A stretch of DNA of 62,115 bases, counting the filler. It is 13 parts of 13 records of this genome, joined end to end, with 100 filler letters (N's around TTAATTAATTAA, not from the genome) between each part and the next. Parts side by side here need not be neighbours in the genome. Positions count along the whole stretch, not along the records: positions 31,360 to 35,309 come from SRR7504441_63478; positions 35,410 to 39,189 come from SRR7504441_63479; positions 39,290 to 42,775 come from SRR7504441_63888; positions 42,876 to 47,154 come from SRR7504441_63900; 9 more parts are not named here. One strand, 5' to 3'. Numbering within the stretch: the first letter of the stretch is position 1; each line of letters starts with the position of its first letter. The notes beneath the pieces are model-generated. The model was not told where the DNA came from, searched no databases, and was given only the letters and a program-made list of their open reading frames with translations. The position numbers and the translations under genes were made by a program. Shown piece by piece: positions 34,892 to 45,501 of the stretch.

Positions 34892-35309
34892 TTAGAACAT
34901 CTTGGACTTCTTCCTCACCGCAGCCGCCGCAAGCGCGTACTGCTCCTTGAACTGCTCCTCGGTGATCTCTTCCCCGAGAGTGTCCCAGCTGCAGCGTACA
35001 GGTCAGCTTCATCTCACGCGTTAAGGGTTACATGTCGGCGAACTCGGTGAAGAGCGTGTCCATGTCGAGTGCCTTCCCTGCGTCGGTCTTTGAAGCAGCC
35101 TCGAACTGCACCCCGCCCAAAGCGCTCGGGTGGATTTGGCGGGCGGCAGAGGCGAGACCTCCGCCTTGGACAGCTTTCCGTCGGAGTTACCGGCCCCTTC
35201 ATCGGCACATACAAACATCTTGTGGGCCTGCAGACCAGCGACCTCACACGCGTGTGCCAGGAGCAACGCTAGCCGATGCCAACCACCCACCTTGCTGCGG
35301 TCCTTGTTG
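34892..35309 (-). CDS. 3' fragment of an EF-hand-like protein
   Basis: MFVCADEGAGNSDGKLSKAE and EEITEEQFKEQY joined through short introns; stop at 34892. Confidence 0.5.
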
Positions 35310-35583
35310 NNNNNNNNNNNNNNNNNNNNNNNNNNNNNNNNNNNNNNNNNNNNTTAATTAATTAANNNNNNNNNNNNNNNNNNNNNNNNNNNNNNNNNNN
35401 NNNNNNNNNAATTAAATGTGTTATCGCCCTCATCCCCCAATCCCATATTAAGTGGTCTCTCTTCGGTCTCTCTTGTGCTTATCTTGTGCAACTGCTCGGC
35501 TGCTGGTGCGCGCTGGTGCGCTTGTGGAGAATCAAGGCGCCTCTCGAGCTTCCGTTAGCACTAATCTCCGCGCTCGCGCTACG

Positions 35584-37619
35584 ATGGGTCTCTGCGGGTG
35601 GGAGCGCTGCTGTGGGATGGACATCGACGATATCTTCGCCTACGTCACACCGCCTTCGGTCCGCATCCGGGACGCCCGGCTGGGGCTGCTCAACTATGCC
35701 CTAATGCTCGTCATCACGGTGCAACAGCCCCCGCGCTGGCCGGAGGCTCACCCCCGCGGGGCCTCAGCTGTACATAGGGGTGTATGAGCTGGCGTACCAA
35801 CGGAAGTACCTGCTGATGCTGCCAGCGTCGGGCACGGCCCGACTGTCGCTCCAGGAGCCGATCGGGCCGCTGCCCGGGTTGTCTGCAGGTAACTGCACTC
35901 ACCCGTACGACCCCGGCTGCAACGACCTGTTCCCCGCGCTGAACACGCCAAAGTACTGCTGCCAGACTACCCCGCAGTGCGAGCAAGGCAGCAAGACGGC
36001 CGCCAAGGGCTGCGACGCCGCGTGTACCAAGAACGCCACTGGCAGGAGTTTTATTAACTACCTGTGCAGTCGGGAGGACGGATACCAAGTGCAGGTGCGG
36101 GCCGGGGGGGGGGGGCTCTGATGGGGCGGTTGCAGCAAGTGTACCAGCAAGGCCTGATGGCCACCTCGAGGGTGTATGAGCTCACCCAGAGCCGGAACCC
36201 TAACTGCACCGACGAGCACATGACTTGCAACGGCACAGTCTGGAACACAGTCTCGAGCAAGAAGCTGTTTGTGGCCGGCATCGAAGACTTCACACTCATG
36301 TTCGGTGTGTATGGTCCTAACTGTGGCGGCTCACGCGGCCGCAGATAACACTGTGATTCAGATGAGCCAGGATGTGCTCAGGGATGGCCGCTCGATGCAG
36401 GTTGCTCTGATTATGAGATGTTAAGGCCCGTTCCTGATTAGGAAGGTGTGTGTTAACAGGGCTACCTGCTTGTGGAGGACAGTGGGCCTCTGCAGGACGA
36501 GATCTGCGCCCAGCACGCGGCTGGCGGACAGGCGTTTGCCCCGTACGACTCCTTTGCCTCTGGTGACACAATCTGCAACCCGCCTGATGCACTCACAAAG
36601 ACCAAAGCATCCGCCCCCTGCTGCATCCAAGCCAACACGGTCACTGCCGCTTCAAATATAACAGCGTTTGAGCTTTCCGGGGACAGACTACAGATTTCAA
36701 TCCGAAGACTGGGAAGCTGGAAAAGTCCGGACTTGACACGTTCACCGTTGGGACTCTCCTGAAGGCAGCTGGCGTGGACCTGGACGACGCGAGCTTCTCG
36801 GGCGGGGGGCACTCTGTGCGGTACGAGGGGTTCAATATGATGGTGAACGTCGAGTACACCAACAGCTGGGCCTGGTTACTTGATGTTGCAAATGGGTCTG
36901 CTGAGCCTGGCCCGACAGGCTTACCAAGAACCCTATCACTTACCAGTACAAACTCAAGCCGCTCACTAAAGATTCCTGTGAGCCACCCGCCTGCTCGGCT
37001 TAAGACAACGGCCTGGCAGACAAGACAACCAACATCGTCTACACAAAGTACCCAGACGAGCGGGTTGTGACGCAGCAACATGGGATCTTCTTCAACGTCA
37101 TCCCTGGAGGCCAATTGGGCCAATTTTCCTTTGCCAATCTGCTCGTGTCGCTCACGTCATCGCTGGCGCTGCTGGTACGCCCGGCTCTTGTGGATTACTC
37201 AGCGGAGGACAGGCTGTGTCTAGTACGGTCGTGAACATTCTAGCCAAGTACATTATGCCACTCAAGGCTTACTACCGCGCCGCGATGGAACATGTCACCC
37301 CGGGTGCTGCCCCGTGCTGCATTCTCGAGTTTTGGCCGCAGATTTCAGCGAAGTACCGGCTCTCGAACAAATGCCGGTGGAGCAGCTGCAACGGATTGCT
37401 GCAGATGCGAGCTGGGGCCAGAACGGCGAGGAGGACAAGACTGCGCTGGTGAACGCGATCCTTGAGCGGGGCTGGAAGGCACCTGAGGAGAATGAGGACT
37501 ACGCAATGCTGCACTATGAGTTGATGGAAGACGAGACCAACGATGTCAAGTCGAGCCAGGCGCTCGACCGCAGTGCGACCGCTTACCATGACTGCGAGCA
37601 GCCAGTCGGGTCGGATTGA
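35584..37619 (+). CDS. P2X receptor-family ion channel, ~9 short introns
   Basis: Spliced: IFAYVTP…IRDARLGLL(TM1)…FVAGIEDFTL…DTFTVGTLLKAAGVDLD…RYEG…VEYTN…HGIFFNVIPGGQLGQFSFANLLVSLTSSLALLAVSSTVVN (TM2)…YY. Confidence 0.92.
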
Positions 37620-37870
37620 TTCCGGTTCGATGCGCGGTTTGGGTGTTGATCATGAGTGTGCTGTCAATGCTCGAACTTTATATATATAATACTTAGCTGC
37701 ACAATCTAGCTGCAATCATAATAGCCATCATAAAGCATGCATAGAGTTCGGAGTACAATACAAGTTCATTTTTATCTGATCAATCTAGTGACACAGACCT
37801 TCAGGTGAAGGAATCGCAACATCTATTCCGAGTCGATCAGTTCGTGATATTGATCCAGGTATGACAACGA

Positions 37871-38962
37871 TCAGTCAAGCCGGGGCCCGCCCACATCCAC
37901 AGCGGCCTGCTTCTGCCTCTTCGCGTCCGGCTGCTCTTTCAACGGCTCTGCACTTGAGGCGCGATCCGCTCGGCCAGTGCTGGCCTCAATAAGCTGCTCT
38001 AGCTTTTGCTCGTGCCGTTTACTTAGCTCAGCGTGAGCAAGCTTGCACTGCTCGTGAGAGGTCCGGGCTCGGGCTAGCTGAGCGTTGGCCTGGGTGAACC
38101 CTTCCAGCTGGGTATCTAACCTACCCCCGGGCTCAGCCTGGCACAACTACTACGACTATGTGTTAGCAGTACTTGGTGCAGGAGGACTCCCAGTGAATGT
38201 AGCTAGCCTTGGCCCGATCCACCTGCTGCTGCAGCCCCTTCACCTTCCCGTCCAGCTCTTTACACCGACTTTGCGCCTGCCACGCCTCCCCCTTGGCCTG
38301 CTCTGCAGCCAGCTTCGCAGCCTCGGCCAGTGACCGCTCAGAGCTCGCCTCAGCCTCCGCGGCATGCTGCTCGGCCTCGAGCGCAGCAATGTGCTCCTTC
38401 GCCTTCTGCAGCTCTTCCGTTAACCCGGCGATCTGCTCTGCCCCACCGGAGTCCGGCGCCCCCTCCTGGGGAGCGCGCCCATTCCTCGGCTCGGCTCGCC
38501 GCGGGCTGCTCGCTCGCCGTCGAGGTGAGGCGCTCCGCCCGGTCCTGGGCTTACCCGCCGGGATCCGCTCGGGCACTCCGAGCCGCCGGAATGCCGTTGA
38601 CACCTTGAGCGGCCGGCCGCCGAACTGCGAGCCGGCAGTGAGCCCCGGCTGCCGGGGGCGGGGCCGACCTGTCTGCCGTTAGCCTCTCGGATGGCCCGGG
38701 CGGCCTGGCTGGGCTCGCGGAAGCTGACGAATGCCATCCCCTTCTTGTGCGGGAGCTGGACCTCGGCGATCTCGCCATAATCTCCGAAGATCTTTCGAAC
38801 CTCCTCCGAGGTGACATCGTACGGCAGGTTACTGGCGTACGCCTTGCGCGAGTCGATCTCGTGCGTCTGCTTGTTCGGCGGCCGCGCCGAGCCCCGGTCC
38901 GGTGACCGGCTGCCACACCAGCCGATCAGACGGCGCGAGCCCCAGCCGGGCCCGGACCTCAT
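37871..38962 (-). CDS. RRM RNA-binding protein with an RS/SP-rich linker and coiled coil
   Basis: RNP2 AYASNLP and RNP1 KGMAFVSF; RSASPRRRASSPRR; heptad-rich C-terminus; short introns join the ORFs. Confidence 0.75.
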
Positions 38963-39289
38963 CGTACGCCCCGAGCCCCAGCGCTCCTTTGTTAAGGAGA
39001 CTCAACGGACATTTGGCAGCCTCCCACTCGCTGGGCACAGCGTGCATCCCCGCTGCCAGGGCCAGTTCCGGCATAATATCCATGGGGCAGTGCTCCAGCG
39101 GCGACGATAGGGACCTGCCGCAGGCGCCCGCGGGGCCGTTCGCGGCGCACACACTGGAGCAGATCCTGCGGGAGCTCGGGCCCACTGGGNNNNNNNNNNN
39201 NNNNNNNNNNNNNNNNNNNNNNNNNNNNNNNNNTTAATTAATTAANNNNNNNNNNNNNNNNNNNNNNNNNNNNNNNNNNNNNNNNNNNN

Positions 39290-41452
39290 TGCCAGCACCA
39301 GCATCAGCACCGGAGCCGGCCCTCGAGGCGGTGCCAGAGCCAGCAGTGCGCGAGCCAATTGAATCGCCAGCGCCGAGCAGCACGGTGAGCGATTGGCTGG
39401 GCCTGACGGGCCTGAGATGGTTGTGTGTGTGCAGCAGCCAGTGATACTGAGCCCCATGATTGATCCGGCTGTGCTCGAGCAATTCGGGATGGCGGTGGAC
39501 GCTCTGCTGGCTGAGACGTCCAGCGCAATGGTCTTAGTGGTTCCCACACAGTGGTCGCACGTAGACGAGGTGGCTGCCGGGCCTTGAAGCCAACTGACCC
39601 CGGGCAGATCCAGCAGAAGGTGCACTGTGGCAAGGCAGTGGTGGGCTGCTTCAAGCTGATGTGCCAGTGCGTGGAAGACTCACAGAGTGCAAACCCGGAC
39701 TCACGAGCGTCCACAGCAGCGCAGGCGGTGACAGTCAGCCGCGCCAGCAACACACGGAGCTGGTCTGCAGGTGATGAGCTCCCAGTTGCGCGCGTGGCGG
39801 CAGGAGCAGTCCAAGATAGCGCTGAGGGTGGCTGCCGAGCGCTGCTGGATGGCCAGCGGCGGCAGGTGAATGGGCGAACCACATTGGCCAAAGTGCACGA
39901 GATAGCCACCAAGCATGGGAGGATCACGTACACGGCCGAGCACGGCACAGGCCAAACTGTGATGGCGATCGCTCCGATGCTCTCGAACAGCGGGCTTCCG
40001 TGGCGCAGGCTGACTGTGGGAGAGCTCAAGCAAGGGTTCGCTTCTGAGGCCCAAAACGCAGGCAGGCTCGGCAAGGCGGGCTTCGCGTCAGTTTTGCACA
40101 AGCTGTTTGATGCACCGAGCGTGGAGGCGAGCAGGATGATGGCGGACCGGCTATTCCCATGCTTTGATAAGAACAGCGATGGGGTGCTCGAGCTGAGGGA
40201 GCTCTTCGCTGGGATGGTGACACGCGTGCTGTGGGCTCAGTGCCCTAGAGCCAGCTCTGGCTGCTCCAGCTGAGCCCCAGTGCAGGTGATGCTGTGTGCA
40301 GAGGAGCCCGAGGATCGGATGCGCGCCGCGTTTGAGATAATAGACACTGATCGATCTGGTGACTGGCGTGCTTGAGGAAGCTTGCCCACACTGCGCCGAC
40401 AGGAACAATTTCACCGTCCGAGCTAGACCTATTCCTGCGGATGCTAGCTCCGCAGCCAGTCTCCAGGACTGAGGCGACCACTCAGCTTGACTGGGTGATG
40501 GGGTGCAGGTGCTAAATTTGGTGAACCAGATTGTAGCTGAGGCGGACACGGACCAGGATGGGCAGCTGCAGTACGCCGAATTTTTGCGCTGGCCCAGCCA
40601 GGCTGCGCTGCTCTCTTGGCTTGACAAGACAACAGAGCAGCTGATCTATGCCCTGGAGGTACGCACAGCAGACATTTGCTTGGGGCGGCTGACGGCTGGG
40701 CCGCAGCCATTCAGCGGGGTGGTGCCTTCAGGCCTGGCGCCAGCGGAGCCGGCCGGATCGCCTGTGAAGGCAGTGCAGGAGGTGGAGCAGGCGGAAGGCC
40801 GGGCAGCTAACGAGGCCCGGCTCGAAGCGCAACTGGCTGCCCAGCGGGAGGCGCTCTCGCCTGAGAGTCGGCAGCAGCAGCTGTCAGAGGTGGAGAGGGC
40901 GATCATGCAGGCGGAGAAGGAGCTCGAGTTGGCTCGACAGGCTCAGACCGAGCAGAAGAGCCCTTTCAGACTAAGCGGTGGTCAGCCCGAGCCGCCCAGC
41001 CCGGTGGTCCGGCTGGAAGTTCCAGTGACAGTCACAGAGAGCCCTGAGGAATCAGCTCCGAGCCCGCCCCAGGTTCAGGCTGTGCCGCCGGAGGTCTGCC
41101 TGGCCGTAGCATTGGCCGCTGACCTCGGGTTGCAGTTGGTGCAGCCCAGTCGATTGTCACCACCCGAGGTGGTGGCTGCGGCGCTGGCAGAGCCCGACAA
41201 CGGAGTCGACGCGGTTAGAGCCAGAATCCAACAAATGAAGGCGGAGGCGGCTGCCGAAGTGCTTGCTGAGAGGCCTGTGGCTGCGATGGCGCCACTGAAT
41301 CCTGTGCGCAGTGCGGCCGGCCTAGCCGTGAGGCCGGTCAGGTATTGGATCCTGCAGAAGAGGCGGCGGCCAGAGTGCGCAAGATCAAGGAAGACGCGCA
41401 ACGGCAAGCGTCTTTGGCAGTTCAAGAAAGGAAACGCGCCGCCGAATCATAG
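39290..41452 (+). CDS. EF-hand calcium-binding protein (recoverin/CBL-like core) with coiled-coil and Pro-rich tail; 5' truncated
   Basis: FDKNSDGVLELREL, IDTDRS and ADTDQDGQLQYAEF EF loops; stop TAG at 41450-41452 after splicing. Confidence 0.7.
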
Positions 41453-41460
41453 CAAAATCA

Positions 41461-41610
41461 TGTGTACGAGTACTCGTACGAGTATAATGTCATGTACGCA
41501 CAGTACGTACGCAGTCTGCCGGCGTACAGTACTCGTACGTACGAGTACGAGTTAATTCGTACCGTACGGTAATAAGTGCGGGTACAGTGCGTACTCGTTA
41601 GGTACTCATC
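41461..41610. repeat. GTAC/TACGAGTA-rich palindromic repeat cluster between convergent genes
   Basis: Perfect palindromes GTACGAGTACTCGTAC (41464-41479) and GTACTCGTACGTACGAGTAC (41529-41548), plus many further GTAC units. Confidence 0.85.
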
Positions 41611-41634
41611 TTCAATATAAATCAATTGAGCGAA

Positions 41635-42409
41635 TCACGACGTTTCCGCCTTCGTACTTGGGTCGAGATGCTGTGCTCCACCCTCCGCGGGATCGCTGTC
41701 GTCATCCTCCTTTGTGTATTTGTCACTGACCGGCACTTCTCGATAGAGCCGCTCCACCCTACCTGCACCGCAGCTAGCGATCGAACCAGCCTTGCGGCGC
41801 ACCAACCAACGGATATGCCTTCCTGAACCTAAAGTAGTTGACCCAGTCGTGCACCACCTAGCCAGCCGCTCTGCCCCGGCCAGCCTAGCCGGCCACTTCC
41901 ATCTGCGTTTGAGTCAGACCGGACGTGTCCGAGTGCATGTCCTTCTCATCGGTCGACATCAGCCCATACGCGCAGCTCGCGTCCCTCCCCACTAGTTTGT
42001 GGTCTGTCACAGCCGTCAGCACCCCCCCGGCCGCGCGGCGCACAGGTCATCCCGGGCAGGTACATCTCCGAACCGGTCACATCAAACACATGCCCCACAA
42101 TCGAAAGCAGCCGCCGCTCGCCCACTGCCCCCAGGCTTAGCCGACAGCATTGTCTCGGGGCACTGCAGTAGCTTGCTAGATCGCGCGACTCGCCCCATTC
42201 GGTCCCGGTTACCGGCTCAAACTGCCACCGGTACATCTGGCGCGCGGCCGCCCGGGGCGTCGCACCGGCTCCGGGCTCCGGGCGGTGCTCGGAGTGGGAC
42301 GGCGGCTGCCTGGGGCGCGCTGCTTGGCGGAGAGCCACATCATAAGAGCCAGCGCCACCGCAGTTACACAGGCCAGGAAGACATCCACCGCCTCTGGCGC
42401 CCAGTCCAT
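41635..42409 (-). CDS. MAPR/PGRMC-like cytochrome b5 heme/steroid-binding membrane protein, several introns
   Basis: N-terminal TM; LLSIVGHVFDVTGSEMY; GRDASCAYGLMS; DWVNYFRFRKAYPLV. Confidence 0.75.
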
Positions 42410-43089
42410 TGACCAGGAGCAAATAATATTTATTGGGCGTTGTGGCTATCTCGAACTCAATACAAGCTGACGATGGCGAGGCTGAGCTTCACCAAACTGG
42501 TGCGTCCGCTAGGCAGGGCGCCTGTGCATCCCCCCGGCCGATCCGGCCCGCGGTGTATCCGCCCGGGCTGGCGGTGAACCCGCCCTGGCCGCCGCGGCTC
42601 GCTGGGGGGGCTTGCGCAAGACCGGCCACTGACTCGACAGGGTGCAGGTCGGAGTTATGATGCTGGCGGCCGGGGCGTTTGCGCTTCCGCAGAGGATCGA
42701 AAGTCTGGCCATGATGGACGTCTCGGGACAGGTACGTGTCGCCCATTCACACCACTCGGACCTGCGCCCTGATCCNNNNNNNNNNNNNNNNNNNNNNNNN
42801 NNNNNNNNNNNNNNNNNNNTTAATTAATTAANNNNNNNNNNNNNNNNNNNNNNNNNNNNNNNNNNNNNNNNNNNNTAGACCTAGTACCTAGTGATTAATT
42901 AATTTTGTACGTATGTATTGAAAGTAATAGTTGCCGCCAGCTTTATTTGAATTGCGCATTAAAAAGGGCCCTACACCGTAGATACCTAGAACGATGCAAT
43001 ATGAATAGCGAAACCGGCAGCAGTGCTAATAGCAGTTGTACGAGTAGTGTGTGCATGCCCAAGAGTTTTACCACCGACGAATCCGCCTG

Positions 43090-44721
43090 TCACTTGGCGG
43101 ATGGGTGGCACTTGGCTTGGTAAAGAGACACATTCGAGTACAGCTTGTCATGCGCCGCGCTGCACGCGAAGGTGACATCGTACAGCTGCTCAACAGTGGT
43201 GCCGTTGTAGCAAACAGCAGGCGGGGTGTGCCCGCATGCAGCTGGCGGCCTGTAGACAGCCACCTTGGCCGGCGGTGGGTCTAGGCACTCGGCCGCGGAG
43301 GAGCCAGTGACTACTTGCCACGAGCGGTGGCACTCGGGGTAGGTGACAAAGGCCTGGCCATACTCGCCCGATAGCAGAGCCGAAATCATCATCGCGTACG
43401 GCTTAGGGAAATACATGGATGGATCGCTGTACTGCAGGATGTAGCCGTCACCTGCGCTCGAGACTGCCGACTGAGCCTTGAATGTCTTGCCGTCCTTGAA
43501 CCCCGGATAGGGCGCCTGAAACGGACTCTGGCTCTTGATCGGCCATTGCTTTACACTGACCCCGGCCACTCCAGTCTCCTCCTTGCCGACCTCGTAAGTG
43601 AGCACGCCGGGGCCGCCCTTCTGGAACAGCTCGACCGTGTAGAGGGTGGTGCCCATGTCCTTCCCGGTGGCGATCACCACCTCCATCTGGCGCCACTGGT
43701 CCGTGTCCACTTGAAAGTTCACAGTGCACAGCGTGGCGTCCGCCGATGCGTTGTGGTAGCCAAGCTTCGGCTCAAACAGGAAGCCATCATACTGCCCGAG
43801 CTGGCACTGCTGGACCGTGGTCGCGTCCAGGATGGCCAGCTTGGCTTGGCTGCGCGAACTGGCGGTCGGGTCGATTAGGACGAGCGTGAGCACTTGGAGC
43901 AGGTGGCTTTGGACCATGTCCCTCACTTGCCCAACCTTGTCAAAGAACTCTCCACGGCCCTCCAGCCCGCGTGTCTCGTACTCGGTCACCACGATCTTGC
44001 TGAACGTGTCGTGGCTCCAGCCGCCGGCGCCTGCGAGCAGAGGTTGCACGATTTGGCGGAACTCGGGCAAGTTTCGATTCATAAAGAAGCTCAGCCAGTG
44101 GTCCACCAGGTGCAAGTTAGCCTCGGGCACCGCGGCCACAATCCCGGCGTGCAGCGAGTCAGCGTCGGCCACACTAGTCCCGAACGGCTTCTCGGCCGCC
44201 ACATGGACTCGGTGCTTGGGGCCCTCGCTCCAGTTGTCGGCAGCCGCCTTGGACCACTCGCCGAATACGAAGGGCGGGATGCTCAGGTAGACAGTGATCC
44301 GATCGTACCCGGCCAGCGAGGCGGTCATGTTCTTGGCCTGCGCGTCCGCGTCCCGGCCTGGCCAGATGTTCACCTGGACGTCGCGCAGGAGCCGCTCGGG
44401 CGAGCAGTCGCCGCCGGAGGCCTTGCAGCTCCAGCCGGAGTTGTTCTTGAGCTCGGCGTAGAGCGGGGCCAGCGAGGCGCTCACCGCGGAGTGGAGCTCG
44501 GCCTCGGTGTGCGGGGTGTTCATCGCCACGTGGATCCCGACGGTCGAGGCGTCGAACACGCCCCCGGCGAAGCTCTCGTACAGGCCTGACCAGACCCCGG
44601 CCGGCCGGAGCGCGTTGTCCCCGGTGGCGCCGAGGAAGACAAACCCATCCTTGCCGCAAGCGGGGGCCGCCAGGAGCGCGGCCAAGCCGAAAACCAAAAG
44701 CGTAGCGTGGGCCTTCTTCAT
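43090..44721 (-). CDS. Secreted/luminal glucose-6-phosphate dehydrogenase homolog (H6PD/G6PD-like), intronless
   Basis: Signal peptide; FLGATGD; YLSIPP; EKPFG; GLEGRGEFFDKVGQVRDMVQSHLLQ; LGQY; TGK. Confidence 0.88.
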   Translation of the reverse strand: MKKAHATLLVFGLAALLAAPACGKDGFVFLGATGDNALRPAGVWSGLYESFAGGVFDASTVGIHVAMNTPHTEAELHSAVSASLAPLYAELKNNSGWSCKASGGDCSPERLLRDVQVNIWPGRDADAQAKNMTASLAGYDRITVYLSIPPFVFGEWSKAAADNWSEGPKHRVHVAAEKPFGTSVADADSLHAGIVAAVPEANLHLVDHWLSFFMNRNLPEFRQIVQPLLAGAGGWSHDTFSKIVVTEYETRGLEGRGEFFDKVGQVRDMVQSHLLQVLTLVLIDPTASSRSQAKLAILDATTVQQCQLGQYDGFLFEPKLGYHNASADATLCTVNFQVDTDQWRQMEVVIATGKDMGTTLYTVELFQKGGPGVLTYEVGKEETGVAGVSVKQWPIKSQSPFQAPYPGFKDGKTFKAQSAVSSAGDGYILQYSDPSMYFPKPYAMMISALLSGEYGQAFVTYPECHRSWQVVTGSSAAECLDPPPAKVAVYRPPAACGHTPPAVCYNGTTVEQLYDVTFACSAAHDKLYSNVSLYQAKCHPSAK

Positions 44722-44813
44722 GTGTGCGCGAGCGGTCCGCCCGTCCAGAGCTCGGTCCGTTACCGTCTGTAACGGCCAGATTGGCCACAGTGCTCCGAGT
44801 TACACGCGGCTCG

Positions 44814-45248
44814 ATGGGGAATTGCCTGTCCACGTCGGCGCTGCCACCGGCGCTGGGCGAGCAGGTCGAGTGCCTCTACGCCAAGATCGCCGACTCGGCG
44901 GGCGACTGCGACGAAGGCGTCCCGAAGCAGGTGCCTACCGCTCCAGCGCCGGGCCAGCCGGCGGCAGCTGATATTGCAGCTGCTGGACGGCGACGCCGAG
45001 GTGGACAAGGAGCTGGCGAGCAGCCGGGACGGGCGGGTCACGCTGACGGACTGGGAGCTCTTCTTCTTCGACCGCTACGCCGACAAGGGCGAGGCGGCCT
45101 TCCAGCTGTGACTGGCCAGTGGCCGGGCCAACGGTGAGCTGTCGGCGGCAGGTATGTGGGGATCGTGGAGGACAAGATCCTCAAAGGCCTAGCCGCCGGC
45201 GAGACGGCCGCTGGATGGTTCAAGGGGGCTGGCCCGGATCACAGTTAG
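44814..45248 (+). CDS. Small N-acylated EF-hand-like protein, 2 introns
   Basis: MGNCLS myristoylation/palmitoylation motif; SRDGRVTLTDW EF-like loop; stop TAG at 45246-45248. Confidence 0.55.
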
Positions 45249-45501
45249 GGTAGCACGGGTCTCCATAAGATCACTCTAGATGTGTGCACTGACGGTAAGC
45301 GCGGTAAGACTTGTAGCCGGTGTATAGGTCGGCTCAAGCTAGTGCGGCGTAATAGGGCATGCGTGGAATATATAGTAACTTAGTCTGTTAGAGCGGTCAG
45401 TTGGCCTGGTTTTATTCTGGACCTAGACGTTTCATGAGCTCAATTCAAAGCTATTTGAACACTTAAGATGCGGCAGGAACTCTTGGCCGAGCTGCACCGC
45501 T

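Noticed and set aside
21898-37619. Apparent 'sensory channel island' of TRPV, Piezo and P2X
   Set aside because: The three genes are on different contigs separated by artificial linkers, so their proximity carries no information.
41461-41610. Palindromic repeats as a CRISPR-like array
   Set aside because: No regular repeat-spacer periodicity, no cas genes, and the context is eukaryotic.
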